DNA of 64,000 nucleotides from an uncultured Thermomicrobiales bacterium. Lineage in GTDB: Bacteria > Chloroflexota > Chloroflexia > Thermomicrobiales > CFX8. Shown here in pieces: positions 9,872-21,300 of the stretch (its first letter is position 1; every line of letters begins with the position of its first letter). The position numbers were made by a program, and so were the translations under genes. The notes under the pieces are model-generated. The model saw nothing but the letters and a program-made list of their open reading frames with translations. It made no database searches and was not told the DNA's origin. The DNA lies in assembly GCA_964577155.1 (NCBI GenBank), contig CAZNYB010000003.1, forward strand, positions 13,815-77,814, in the 5' to 3' direction.

Positions 9872-10999
9872 TCAAGCTACAACCTCTTTCTTCAATGATT
9901 TGAATGACTCAACCTCAACTAACGCGGCAATGACTCTTTCCGTTGCACCCACCCGTTCTCGCCCAACGGGACATCGCATGCGAGCAAGCAGACCAGGATC
10001 TTGAAGCACCGTCGCAACTGATGCGACGATGTTGGAGCGCTCATTACCCACAAGCCGGTGATGGCCGCGTTCCACCAGATCGATCCATTCCGTCTCGTTG
10101 CGCAAGACGAACGTGGGAGCCCCGATCACCGCCGACTCTTCCTGCAGTCCTCCCGAATCAGTCAGGATCGCGGTACAACGCTGCAACATTCTGACCATCT
10201 GGCGATAGCTAACTGGCTCGATACAATGCACCGACGCGGGCAGTGGCCGCCCTCGCAATAGATGAGCTGTCCGAGGATGGACTGGAAAAACTACCGGGGC
10301 TAGCGAGCTGAGATCTTCTAGCGCCCCGATAAGCCCTCCAAAAATCTCCGGCTCGGTGTTTTCGGCGCGATGAATCGTAGCGACGAAGAAGTCGCCGTCC
10401 AGCTCGATCCCATTGACACGCACCGCGTCGTCCGCGACTATCGCCGCCATCCGCAGGCAAGCATCCACTCCAGTGGAACCGACCAGGCTGACTCTGTTAC
10501 CAGAGATGCCTTCCGCCTTGAGGTTAGCAATGCCGACGCTGTCAGCCGCCAGCGCAACCGATGAGAGGTGATCAACGAGCACACGATTGATCTCTTCCGG
10601 CATCGCTCGGTTAAATGAGCGACAACCGGCCTCAAGATGTGCCACCGGAAGACCGAGCTTCGCGGCGGCCAACGCTCCGGACAAGGTTGAGTTTGTATCA
10701 CCTTGTACCAAGACACAGTCGGGTTTCAGCTGTAGGAGGATCGGCTCAATGGCTATCAGCATGCGCGCCATCTGGTTTGCGTGACTCTCCGATCCAACAC
10801 CGAGCTGGTGGTCCGGAGCGCGTAGCCCAAGCTCTTCAAAGAAAAGACGGTCCATATTCCAATCGTAGTGCTGGCCCGTATGTATCAATGTGTGCTGAAA
10901 CAGCTCATCAAGTCGCGGTATTACTGTCGAGCATTTGATGATCTCTGGACGGGTGCCGATAACTGTCGCGATGCGCATGCCGGGTTTCGCGATCATCAT
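9872..10999 (-). CDS. wecB: UDP-N-acetylglucosamine 2-epimerase (non-hydrolysing)
   Basis: MRIATVIGTRPEIIKCSTV, HTGQHYD, SGGLQEE motifs. 4-nt ATGA overlap with the upstream GT2 gene. Confidence 0.85.
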   Translation of the reverse strand: MMIAKPGMRIATVIGTRPEIIKCSTVIPRLDELFQHTLIHTGQHYDWNMDRLFFEELGLRAPDHQLGVGSESHANQMARMLIAIEPILLQLKPDCVLVQGDTNSTLSGALAAAKLGLPVAHLEAGCRSFNRAMPEEINRVLVDHLSSVALAADSVGIANLKAEGISGNRVSLVGSTGVDACLRMAAIVADDAVRVNGIELDGDFFVATIHRAENTEPEIFGGLIGALEDLSSLAPVVFPVHPRTAHLLRGRPLPASVHCIEPVSYRQMVRMLQRCTAILTDSGGLQEESAVIGAPTFVLRNETEWIDLVERGHHRLVGNERSNIVASVATVLQDPGLLARMRCPVGRERVGATERVIAALVEVESFKSLKKEVVA

Positions 11000-11778
11000 A
11001 CCTGTACCCGCTCTTCCCGCATCGAACGATCAGGTTCTTCCGTCAGCCAGAACCTACCGGTCAAGCGCAGCCACACAAGCTGCAACATGTAGCGCAGGTG
11101 GGTTCTGGTGATTTTCACGACGCGCGCCTTTGACTGGCCAACCTGACGTTGCGCCAGAACAGCCGGAATCTCGACGACGACGACCCCACGCCTGCAAGCT
11201 TCGACCAACGTTACCGCCACATTCAGGAAGCCCGGATGATCAGAGAGTGACGCGTCGAGGATCGGCCGCCGGTACGCCCTGACGAGTGCTGTGTACGTAT
11301 GGATACGCCGATCGACGAGAAGACGATACAGCATTGACGCCCCGCGACTGAAGAACAGTCGCCAGGAAGGAACTCCCGCCACGCCACCATCGGGATGATA
11401 TGGCGACGCGGTGGCTACGTCCGCGCCGCAAGCGATCGAGTCGACGAGAGGCTCAATTATCCTAAATGGATACGTGCCGTCGACATCAATCGTGACGACT
11501 ATCGGAGCCTCGGTCAGGTTGAGGCCAGTCTGCAATGCTGCCCCGAGCCCCCGGTTCCGATCATGCCTGCCGAGCACCACGGTCGCAGCCCATTCAACCT
11601 GGCGAAGCTGCTGCATCCAGTTCCAGGTCGCGTCTGTGCTGCCGTCATCAACAAGAATCAACTCCACTTTGTAGTGCTGCGCCACAGCCTCTAGCACCGG
11701 GCCAAGACCAGGTTGAAGTATCGATAGAGCTTCTTCCTCATTGCAGCAGGGAAGGATGATGGCCAATTGACCAGGCAT
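10996..11778 (-). CDS. GT2 glycosyltransferase, polyprenyl-phosphate sugar synthase-like (Dpm1/ArnC/GtrB type)
   Basis: ORF 10996..11820, start moved to the ATG at 11778 (MPGQLAIILPCCNEEEAL). LVDDGSTD and IDVDGTYP (DxD) motifs. Short soluble GT-A of the dolichol-phosphate-mannose-synthase type. Confidence 0.75.
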   Translation of the reverse strand: MPGQLAIILPCCNEEEALSILQPGLGPVLEAVAQHYKVELILVDDGSTDATWNWMQQLRQVEWAATVVLGRHDRNRGLGAALQTGLNLTEAPIVVTIDVDGTYPFRIIEPLVDSIACGADVATASPYHPDGGVAGVPSWRLFFSRGASMLYRLLVDRRIHTYTALVRAYRRPILDASLSDHPGFLNVAVTLVEACRRGVVVVEIPAVLAQRQVGQSKARVVKITRTHLRYMLQLVWLRLTGRFWLTEEPDRSMREERVQV

Positions 11779-11782
11779 TGAA

Positions 11783-12757
11783 TTAGTCCGCAGCGACCGG
11801 GATGAGTCGCGGCTGGACATGTGCCGCGATTGCGCGCTGGATCAACGAGGTGATCGTCGTGGCCATGACCATCGACCGATAGCCAGCCTCAATCCCCACA
11901 GCAGGATGCACCCCCAACTTCACGCTGTGAACGAAGTGTTCAAGTTCGAGTCTAAGCGGTTCCTGCGAACCGATTTCGGGCTGCTGAAGCATGGCCTTCA
12001 TCGATGGATCGACTTCAATGTTGATCACCTTGGCTAAGAGGTCGGCAAAGATCATCGCCTCATCGATGCGTACTTCCACAGCCCGTACTTTGTCTGCTGC
12101 GACTCGAGAGGCGACGAAACTAACCGGGAGATCACCCTTCATGCGGAGATCCGCTTCAGCATGATCAATCCGGCCTGAAACGATGGCTGCACCGGTTGCA
12201 TCAATCGACTCGATCTCCTCACCGAGCAGTTCAAACGCAAGATCAATGTCGTGAATCATCAAGTCGCAAACGATGTCACTATCGAGCGAGCGACGGTCGA
12301 AGGGACTGGTTCTCGTGAAGCGTAGTTGTCGGATGTTCCGGCCGTTGATCAACTCCTGCAGGGCGAGTATCGTCGGGTTAAAGCGCTCGATGTGGCCAAC
12401 CATGAACACCTGACGCCGGTGCTTGTTCGCTACCGCGAGGAGAAGCCCCGCTTCGTCGAGCGTCGCTGCGAGCGGTTTTTCAACCAGTATATGGCAACCA
12501 GCATCGAATGCCCGCAGTGCGACGTCAGCGTGAGTCGTCGTAGGCGACGCGATGCTCACGATGCTCACCTGCTCTAGCAAGTCATCGAGAGCAAGAACCT
12601 GTGTGCCATATCTATCCGCCACCTCGCAGGCTCGATCCTGATTGGGGTCATAGACACCAATCAGGTCTGTTTCCCTCATCTCTGTATAGACGCGGGCGTG
12701 GCGTTCGCCCATGATGCCGACTCCAACTACACCTGCTCTCAAAGTTCGATTCATCAA
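11783..12757 (-). CDS. Gfo/Idh/MocA family oxidoreductase (WbpB/WlbA-like sugar-nucleotide 3-dehydrogenase candidate)
   Basis: LRAGVVGVGIMGERHARVY N-terminal Rossmann fold, EKPLA motif, 324 aa. Confidence 0.75.
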   Translation of the reverse strand: MMNRTLRAGVVGVGIMGERHARVYTEMRETDLIGVYDPNQDRACEVADRYGTQVLALDDLLEQVSIVSIASPTTTHADVALRAFDAGCHILVEKPLAATLDEAGLLLAVANKHRRQVFMVGHIERFNPTILALQELINGRNIRQLRFTRTSPFDRRSLDSDIVCDLMIHDIDLAFELLGEEIESIDATGAAIVSGRIDHAEADLRMKGDLPVSFVASRVAADKVRAVEVRIDEAMIFADLLAKVINIEVDPSMKAMLQQPEIGSQEPLRLELEHFVHSVKLGVHPAVGIEAGYRSMVMATTITSLIQRAIAAHVQPRLIPVAAD

Positions 12758-12786
12758 TTGTTCCTTTTCATGTCTGAATCGACCGA

Positions 12787-14385
12787 TTACGGCGCATCTG
12801 TGTTCTCATACAATTCGTATCCGTCCTGACTCAGGATCAAGCGATAATCACCGGTAGCAAGCGCCGACCTGTAGATACCCACCCAATTGCCGAAATGCCC
12901 GACTACTAGAAAGCGGTGACTGAGCGAACCACTCAGATCGACATTGTCCGAAGAACCCAGCCAGGTTGCGCGAACGACCCGATCCAAACTTCCGCTCGGC
13001 GGGTATTGCAGTTCACGCTGGCTCAGGAAATTGATCTCTGGCTCCCAGCCATCGACGATAGCGCCTGTGGGAACAACCCGATCCATCGCGGCGGCAAAGT
13101 TCTGGGGCTCGCTTTCGTTCGAAGTAAATATCGGAGATATCTGGCTATATGCTCCGGCAGCAATAAGGAGAGCAATCATGCCAAGCGAGAGCAGCGCCGC
13201 CCCGGGTCGCCACCGCGATGCACCTTCATCCAACCGCAGCCAGGCAAGCGTGCGATCGATCAGATCTGTAACCATCACAGCTGCGTAAATCGCGCTGATT
13301 GCCAGGGCTGGAAAGGCGTACCGTGGCCAGGCTATTGACGCCATCGCGAACCAGAGAATCCAGCAGACCTGGAAAGCCGAAATCGAGACGAGTGCCAGTC
13401 TTCGGGCTGGATTAGCCGCGCCCCTGATTAGGAAGAGTCCGTAAGCAACGCTCGGCAGAACCACGAACAGAGTTCCAGGACCGAGCAGCAGTGTCCAGGC
13501 AGCGCGCATCCGATCGAGATTGAATACAAGCAACGCCCCACTCGACGTGTCGCGTAATTGGCGATAGTTTTCGAGAATGCTGCCGTCCCCGATCAGGTTC
13601 AGCAGAATGATGAACCAGCCAACATAAGCCACAGCCGCCGCGCCTATCAATGCCGCATGCCAGCGCAACGACCGGACCTGGTGTCCAAAATAGTCGAACG
13701 CGGCAACCAGGATCAGGACGGGGGGAAGCACCAGCAGATACTGGCCTTTGGTGATCATTGCGAAACCCAGCAGGACGCCAGCGAAGGCGGCTAGTTTCGC
13801 GCTCCTGGCTCTGAATGCAAGCCCCGCTCCAAGGATCAGAAAGAGCAAGGCAGCGGTTTCGCCGAGCAGCTGACGGCCGGTAGCAAGCCAGTCGAGCGCC
13901 GGCATTGAAAAGAGGAGCGCGATCGTCACGATAGCAGCCCGCGCGCCAAACAATTTGCCCGCCATCCAGTAGATCGCCCCACTTGTGATGATCAGATAGA
14001 GGACGCCTACGAGCCGCCCTGCCCAGAGCGTTGTCCCAAGGGTCGCTTGAGCAGCTGCGGCCGGCAGCAACACCGTCGGACCGGCCGCGATAACTGGCGC
14101 GAAGTCGCGCGTGCCATCCGGCGCCTGCGAGAAGTACTGGCCACGCTCGAAGATATTCTTCGATACTTCGAAATAGGAACCCTCGTCAAACCACGTCCGG
14201 GGATAGCGATCGAGGTGCCAGAAACCGAAGACTCCGGCCAGCAGCATGGTCAGCATCAGGCCATGCGTCAGCGTGAGGGTACTCTGGAAGAAGTTGAAAC
14301 GCCACCGAGCTGTAATCCGCGTGGCGACGGATTGATCCGTTACTTCTCCTACCATGGCCGTACCTTTTAAGTGCTGTTCTGACAT
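12787..14385 (-). CDS. GT-C fold membrane glycosyltransferase (GT39/GT83, PMT/ArnT-like)
   Basis: 532-aa polytopic protein with a first-loop acidic motif (WFDEGSYFE) followed by many TM helices. Sits in one coupled operon with the GT2 and the small EamA-type protein. Confidence 0.7.
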   Translation of the reverse strand: MSEQHLKGTAMVGEVTDQSVATRITARWRFNFFQSTLTLTHGLMLTMLLAGVFGFWHLDRYPRTWFDEGSYFEVSKNIFERGQYFSQAPDGTRDFAPVIAAGPTVLLPAAAAQATLGTTLWAGRLVGVLYLIITSGAIYWMAGKLFGARAAIVTIALLFSMPALDWLATGRQLLGETAALLFLILGAGLAFRARSAKLAAFAGVLLGFAMITKGQYLLVLPPVLILVAAFDYFGHQVRSLRWHAALIGAAAVAYVGWFIILLNLIGDGSILENYRQLRDTSSGALLVFNLDRMRAAWTLLLGPGTLFVVLPSVAYGLFLIRGAANPARRLALVSISAFQVCWILWFAMASIAWPRYAFPALAISAIYAAVMVTDLIDRTLAWLRLDEGASRWRPGAALLSLGMIALLIAAGAYSQISPIFTSNESEPQNFAAAMDRVVPTGAIVDGWEPEINFLSQRELQYPPSGSLDRVVRATWLGSSDNVDLSGSLSHRFLVVGHFGNWVGIYRSALATGDYRLILSQDGYELYENTDAP

Positions 14386-14544
14386 GGTTCCTCATTGGCA
14401 CATCACATGATCGACGCCATTCATCGACTTGCCCCGAGCATCGACTTGGAACGTGACATCCGAAGCGGCAACGCGGGGCGAACCGCTGACAATGCCGTCA
14501 CGTGCGATTCGGCTGTATGCAAAACAGACCCAAGACACAAATTC

Positions 14545-14558
14545 TGACGAATCTGTCA
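14545..14558. promoter_or_regulatory. palindromic operator-like site A: TGAC-GAATCT-GTCA
   Basis: Read directly (attcTGACGAATCTGTCAgttg). Lies in the 240-bp divergent gap between the GT-C gene and gmhB, about 70 nt upstream of gmhB. Member of the recurrent motif described in the findings. Confidence 0.55.
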
Positions 14559-14625
14559 GTTGTTTGCACCGGCCCTCTGTCCGAGTCACCCATTAAGAGG
14601 ATGCATATTCTGAACTATCGGGTTC

Positions 14626-15333
14626 ATGAACCATGACCAGATAACCAATGATGGCAGAGGCAAGGTGGCAACTCCGGCGGTATTTCTCGATCGCGACGGT
14701 GTCCTCAATCGTAATCGCAACGATCACGTGAAGGCCTGGGATGAATTTCATTTCATTCCCGGGGCGCTTTCTGCGATGCGGCTACTCGCCACAATTGGCA
14801 TGCCGATCGTGGTGGTGACAAATCAGGCAATCATCAATCAAGGGAAGGTGCCTCGCAGCACCGTCGAATTCATTCATGCCAGAATGACCAGCCGGATACA
14901 GCGTACTGGCGGTCGAGTCGACCGCATTCTGTATTGTCCCCATACCTCTGAGGAACATTGCGGCTGTCGCAAACCGCAACCGGGACTGCTCATGTTGGCT
15001 GCCCATGAACTGAACATTGATCTGGCGCGATCAGTGTTTGTCGGGGATGCCTTGACCGATATCGAAGCAGGCCAACGAGCCGGTTGCCGAACAGTCCTCG
15101 TTCGCTCCGGACGTGGGAATGATGCTCTGTCCAAGCTATCGCAATCAGTCGTTCGCTGGCCCGACACGGTTGCCACGGACCTCTTGTCAGCTTTACCAGC
15201 AATACGTGATCTATTGGGATTAGTCGGGAGCAGCGATGGCGCTCCCGATATGCAGCAGCAGGAACGAAGACATGAAGAATTCACGGGACACCAGTATGCG
15301 GCGCATCTCTCTGACGCGGCGTTCGATTCTTAG
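14626..15333 (+). CDS. gmhB: D-glycero-D-manno-heptose 1,7-bisphosphate (or alpha-1-phosphate pathway) phosphatase, HAD-IIIA
   Basis: VFLDRDGVLN, VVVTNQ, CPHxxxxxCGCRKPQPGLL (zinc-binding loop) and FVGDALTDIEAG motifs. Confidence 0.8.
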   Translation: MNHDQITNDGRGKVATPAVFLDRDGVLNRNRNDHVKAWDEFHFIPGALSAMRLLATIGMPIVVVTNQAIINQGKVPRSTVEFIHARMTSRIQRTGGRVDRILYCPHTSEEHCGCRKPQPGLLMLAAHELNIDLARSVFVGDALTDIEAGQRAGCRTVLVRSGRGNDALSKLSQSVVRWPDTVATDLLSALPAIRDLLGLVGSSDGAPDMQQQERRHEEFTGHQYAAHLSDAAFDS

Positions 15334-18300
15334 AGCCGGACTCGGCGGCACAGTCGCTTTTGCATTTTCAAACCATAATGTAAAACTGCGGCGGCGCTTC
15401 CTCTCGGCAAATGCCGCAACGCCGCCCGTTCAGACGGCTGCAACTCTGGCCGGCGACGAAGCTAGCCGCGAATTGGCGATCCAAGGGAACGGCTCGATCG
15501 CTATCGTCACCGATTCTTCAACTTCGACTTTCGGCGGCTATTTGGCAGAGATTCTGAGCGCGGAAGGGGTACGTGACTACAGTATTTTCCCACTGAGCTC
15601 GCTGAATTCAGTGATTCAAAATAGTCCGCGTGCCATCATTCTTGCGCCTTCGAGTCCTACATCAGCAAACATTACAACATTGCAAAATTACGTCTCATCA
15701 GGTGGCGGACTCGTCGTGTTGCGCCCCGATTCAGGGTTGAACAATCTGCTGGGTATCACGTCTGAGTCAGGGAGTATCAGCCAGGGTTATCTGCGTATCA
15801 CCGACACCCAGGTCGCTGGCGGCCTCTATAGCCAGACGATCCAATTTCACGGAACATCCAATAAATATAGCCTGAACGGTGCACAACAGATCGCCGAACT
15901 CTACACGTCCCGTACCAGCACCACCGGGTTGCCCGCGGCGACACTGTCAAACTTCGGATCGGGCCGCGCGGCGATGATGAGTTTTGATCTCGCGCAGAGC
16001 GTCGCCGAGATCCGCCAGGGCAATCCAGCTCAAGCAAACCAGGACACCGATGGGGACGGTATCGTCCGGTCTATTGATATCTATCGAAACTGGACCGACC
16101 TGGAACGGTCCAATGTTCCTCAAGCCGACATTCAACAGCGTCTGTTGGTGCGGCTGATCGATGCGGTATCTGGTTATCCTACGCCTCGCCTCTGGTACTT
16201 CCCCGGCAACTCCCGTAGCGTCTTTGTGCCAACTGGCGATGCCCACGGGAATCCGCAGTCCTATTTTCAGGCACTGATCGACGCCTTCAGTCAGCGCGGC
16301 ATCGGCATGACTTTCTTCGTTCCGACAACTTCCCCCCCACCATCAGCGGTTAGCCAGTGGATTAGCCAGGGTTTTGATTTCAGTATTCACCCCTATGTTG
16401 ATCAGGGTTATGGCTCCGGTTTTAGCGACAATCTGTCCGACTTCGTCAATGACTACGGCTTCAGCCCCGCGACGGCACGCACTCACCAGGTGCGCTGGAC
16501 CGGTTGGTCCACTGCGGCCGAAATCGAATCCCAATTTGGGATCGAGATGGACTTCAACTCCTATCAATGGAGCACATGGCTCTCAAATTCATCCGGTCAA
16601 GCCCGCGGTTATCTCAGCGGTAGTGGAATTCCGATGCGATTCGCCGCATCGGACGGAGATACCCTGTCGATCTTTCAACAGCACACGAACCTCGTCGACG
16701 AAGAACTCGCTCCAGAAGTAGGCGTGGCGGATCTCACGCTCACCGAAGCACTCTCCATCAGCCATCAAACGATTGACGATTGTATCGATCAGTTCCATAC
16801 CGCCATCGTCACGCAGTTTCACGTCGACTACTTCAATTTCGGCGATGTAAATTCATGGGTGCTCGGCACGACCGATTACGCTCTCCAGCGCGGAGCGACG
16901 CCGCTGACGGCAGCAGAATGGCTCGCATTCGTCAAGAGCCGCGCAGCGACGAATATCAGCGACGTAACCTGGGCTGCTAATGCCCTGTTGTTCACGGTTT
17001 CAGGCGGCGGATCAAACCGAACGGTACTCGTCCCACTCAGTCAACTCGGTTCCGCCTTGACCAGCGTTACGCGCAACGGCAGCAATGCAAGCTATAGCGT
17101 ATTGACGGTCGATGGCCGCTCGATGGCGGCCATTTCCGCAACCAACGGCAACTACAAGGCCACCTATGAGGCAGACACGACTGCCCCCGTCATCTCGAAC
17201 ATTGTGGTGACGTCGACAGCCAACACAGCTACCGTCACCTGGACGACGGACGAAGCGGCAACAAGCATCGTCGACTACGGTCTGACACCGTCGCTCGGCT
17301 CACAAGCCAGCGTCGCGGGTCTAGCGACCAGCCATAGCGTCACCCTTACCGGGCTCACACCGGCCACAACCTACTCCTACCAAGTCACGTCCGCGGATGC
17401 GTCGAACAACACCAGTTCGTCGGAGATTCAGTCATTCACGACAACACCGGCCGGCGCGCCAACACTGAGTGGCATTGCGCCTTCATCGGGGCAGAGCGGT
17501 ACAAGCCACAATGTGACCATTAGCGGCACGAACTTCGTCAATGGCATCTCAGCTTCACTCGGGACAACCGCGCTCCAGAATGTCGCTTTAACCAACTCCA
17601 CAACGATTCAGGCGGTCGTGCCGGCATCGCTGCCTGTCGGCCAGCATAACCTGGAGGTCACGAACCCGGACACCCAGAGCGCAACACTCGCAAACGCTTA
17701 TACGTCGACCGCGCCGCCGCCAGATCTGGTGAGCGTGGCGCCGCCAGTGGCGACCGCCGGTCAGCAGGTCACCCTCTCAGGCGCCGGATTCATCACCGGT
17801 GCAACGGTGCGCTTCAATTCGACCGCCGCGATGCAGACAACGGTGACATCATCGAGCTCGGCAACGGCGCAGATCCCGACATCGCTGGCTGGCGGGACTT
17901 ACTCAGTCACCCTGACCAACCCAGACCAGCAATCCGACACGCTAACCAACGCCCTGACCATCTCTGCCCTGCCGACTATCGGGCACACGACAGTGGCCGA
18001 CTTCACACCTGGCGTCTTCACAAACACCGCCGTCATAAGCGGTGGTCAGGCGGGTGACGGCGCGGTTGTTCTCGCGTCGAATGGGTGGCTCGATAACTTC
18101 GATCAGCCGAACCTGGATCCGAACCTCTGGACGAGCAATACCTGGCAGACGGGCGGCTCAATCGCCATCTCCACTGGGAATCTCAACGTCAATGGAGCAT
18201 GGATTCGAAGCGCTACGACGGTCGGCATCGGACGGGTGAATATGCGGGCAACGTTCACCGGGGCACCCTGGCTGAATATTGGCCTGAGCCGGACGGACGA

Positions 18301-21300
18301 TCTGGACAACCCGTGGTTCCTCTTCGGGGTGCCTGGCTGGGATACTTCTCAGGTCTATGTGCGATACAACTTCAGCGGTGGTTTCGCCAATATCCCCTTG
18401 CCAGATCTGCTCGGCGCGCCACACACGTATTCAATCGTCAAGGAATCCGGTCTTGTGCGATTCCTGGTCGACGATCAGGAGGTGCACCAAGTTGCGACCG
18501 GTGCGCTCGGCGGGCTAGCCACCTGGGTCAGTTCCGGCGCCATCGGCTCGCCGCTCAGCGTGGATTCTGTCGAGATTGTCACCTACCAGCCACAAGGCTC
18601 CTACCTGAGCCCAGCACTCGACGCCGGGCAGTCCGCGAACTGGCAGCAGCTCATCATTAGTGCGCCGTCAGTGCCATCCACCAGCTTCGTTGTGCGCGTT
18701 CGCTCGTCCACGTTCGGCTCCAACTGGTCAGCCTGGTCAACGGATATGAGCAGCTTCCCAGCCCAGTTGGCGTTGCCGGTCGGGCGCTACTTGCAGTACC
18801 AGATCGATCTCCAGAGCACGGACGGCACGACAACACCTATTATCGAAGCGGTCAGCGCTTCGTATCAGACCCAGTCAGGTCCGGTCGTTAGCAGCGTGGT
18901 CGTTTCGCCGGCATCGGTCAACCTCGAGCGCGACGAAACGCAACAGTTCATCGCCGAGGTCTCGGATACAGACGGCAATCCGCTGCCCGATGCACCCGTT
19001 ACCTGGAGCGTCACCAACGGCGGTGGCACGATCAATGCCAGCGGTCTCTTCACGGCCGGCGCCACTGGCGGAACGTTCACCAACACCGTCGTCGCTTCAA
19101 GCAACGGCATAACCGGATCGGCGTCCGTGACAGTGACTGTGCCTCCGGCTCCGCAGATCACCGACGTTTCGCCGCCCGCAGCTCTGGCTGGCGACACGGT
19201 CACCGTATCGGGTCAGAATTTCATCAGCGGTGCACAGGTTCATGTCGGATCGACACAGACCGACGACGTCAACGTCAGCAGCGCGACAACGCTGACCTTC
19301 ACCGTCCCAACTATCGCCAACGACACCTATTCGGTCACGGTGACGAATCCGGACGGACAGTTCGGCTCACTACAGAACGCACTCACGATCTCATCCCTCA
19401 ACTGGCTCAACCACACGTCGCTAAGCGACTTCCAAGCGGGCACTCACGCCAGCACGGCAGCCATTCAGGGTGGAGTAGCTGGTGATGGCGCGGTAATCCT
19501 CGCGAATCAAGGAAGTATCGATGATTTCAACGACGCATCATTGAATGGATCACTTTGGACCTCTGGTCTGTGGGATCCGAGCGGTTCGCTGACCATCTCC
19601 GGTGGAGCCTTGACGGCGCGGGGTGGTTGGGTGCGAAGCACGGCCTCCCTGACAAGCGGCGCTGCTTCTGGTCGGCTGACCTTCTCGAACACGGGTTGGC
19701 AGAACTTCGGCCTGAGCCGGACGGATGACCTGGACGCGCCGTGGTTCCTCTTCGGAGTACCGGGCTGGGATACTTCCCAGGTCTATGTGCGCTTCAACTA
19801 CAACGGCGGCTTGGGAAACGTTCCCATTCCGGGATTGATCGGCGAACCGCACGACTATGCGATCCAGGTCGGTGGCGGGATAGTCAGCTTCCTGGTCGAC
19901 GACCAGCAAGTTCATCAAGTCAACGTGCCGGCTCTCCCGACTATGGCAGTCTGGCTGAGCGTTGGTTCAACGATCGAGCCGGGAACGGTTGCAGATTCGC
20001 TCGGATCGGTGATCTACCCGGAGTCAGGCGCCTTCACGGGCCAGACCTTTGATGCCGGCCAGTATGCCAACTGGCAGGAACTCATCGTCGACGCTACGAC
20101 TATGCAGGGCACGACGCTTTCGTTCCGAGCACGCACATCGACCAACAGCACGACATGGTCAACTTGGTCGACCTCTACTAGCACGTCGCCTGCCCATTTA
20201 GCGCTGCCAGGTGGCCGGTATCTGCAGTACGAATTGAATCTTGCCACCACCAAGGGCTCGGCCACTCCGCTTATCCAGGTTGTCAGCGGCGGCTATACAC
20301 CGTCGACGCCGCCTGGTCCGGCGAGTATGACCATCACCCCGACAAACGCGACCTTGATACCTGGCGACACCCAACAATTCAGCGCTCAGGTGTTCGACAT
20401 TTCTGGCAACCTGATCACCGACGCGCCACTGAGCTGGAGCGTTGAGGCAGGTGGCGGAGAGATAACCTCCGGCGGGATGTTCACGGCAGGTTCGACGCTT
20501 GGTAACTACGCCGACACGGTGGTCGCGACGAGCAACAGCCTAAACGCGCGCGCCACGGTGAACGTCATCGCGCCACCCTCACCGCACATATCGAATGTAA
20601 ATCCGAGTTCAGCTGTCGTCGGCGCAAGTGTCACCATCACCGGCGACAACTTCGCCAGCGGTGCAACTGTGGCGCTCGATTCGATTCCGGTCAGCGACGC
20701 GACGGTCGTCAACGCGACAACGATCACGTTCACCGTTCCGCAGGTTCCGGCGGGAATGTACAGCGTCGTTGTAACGAATCCAAGAGAGCAGTCCGATATC
20801 CTCTCCGATGGTTTGACAGTATCAACACCTTCAGTTCCAGTTACGGTCTCACAGTCGACCGGTTCGGAGTTCGGTCAGGGTTCGCTGGTGAATACCGAGG
20901 TCACGACATTCGGCGATGGCGAAGTTCGTCTAACGGCAAGCTTCCTGGACGAGTTCAACGGTTCGGCGCTGGGTTCCGCGTGGAACTCCGGCAGCTATGG
21001 CAGCGGTGGTTCGGCAAGCGTCAACAACGGTCAGGCAGCCGTCACGAATGGGTGGATCCAGAGCACCGCTAGCTTCGGAGAGACGACGGCCACCGCACGC
21101 CTCACGTACAACAACAACGGTACGCCATATCTCAACTTCGGCTTCGGCTCAGCCGGTTCACTCGATTACCCGTGGTTCCTCTTTGGTATTCCGGGCTTTG
21201 ACACCAACCGCATCTACGCGCGCACGAACGTTCCGGGTGACTTCTATCTGGATCAGGTGATAAACGGCGTAACGCTGAATCAGCCCCATGAGTACTCGAT

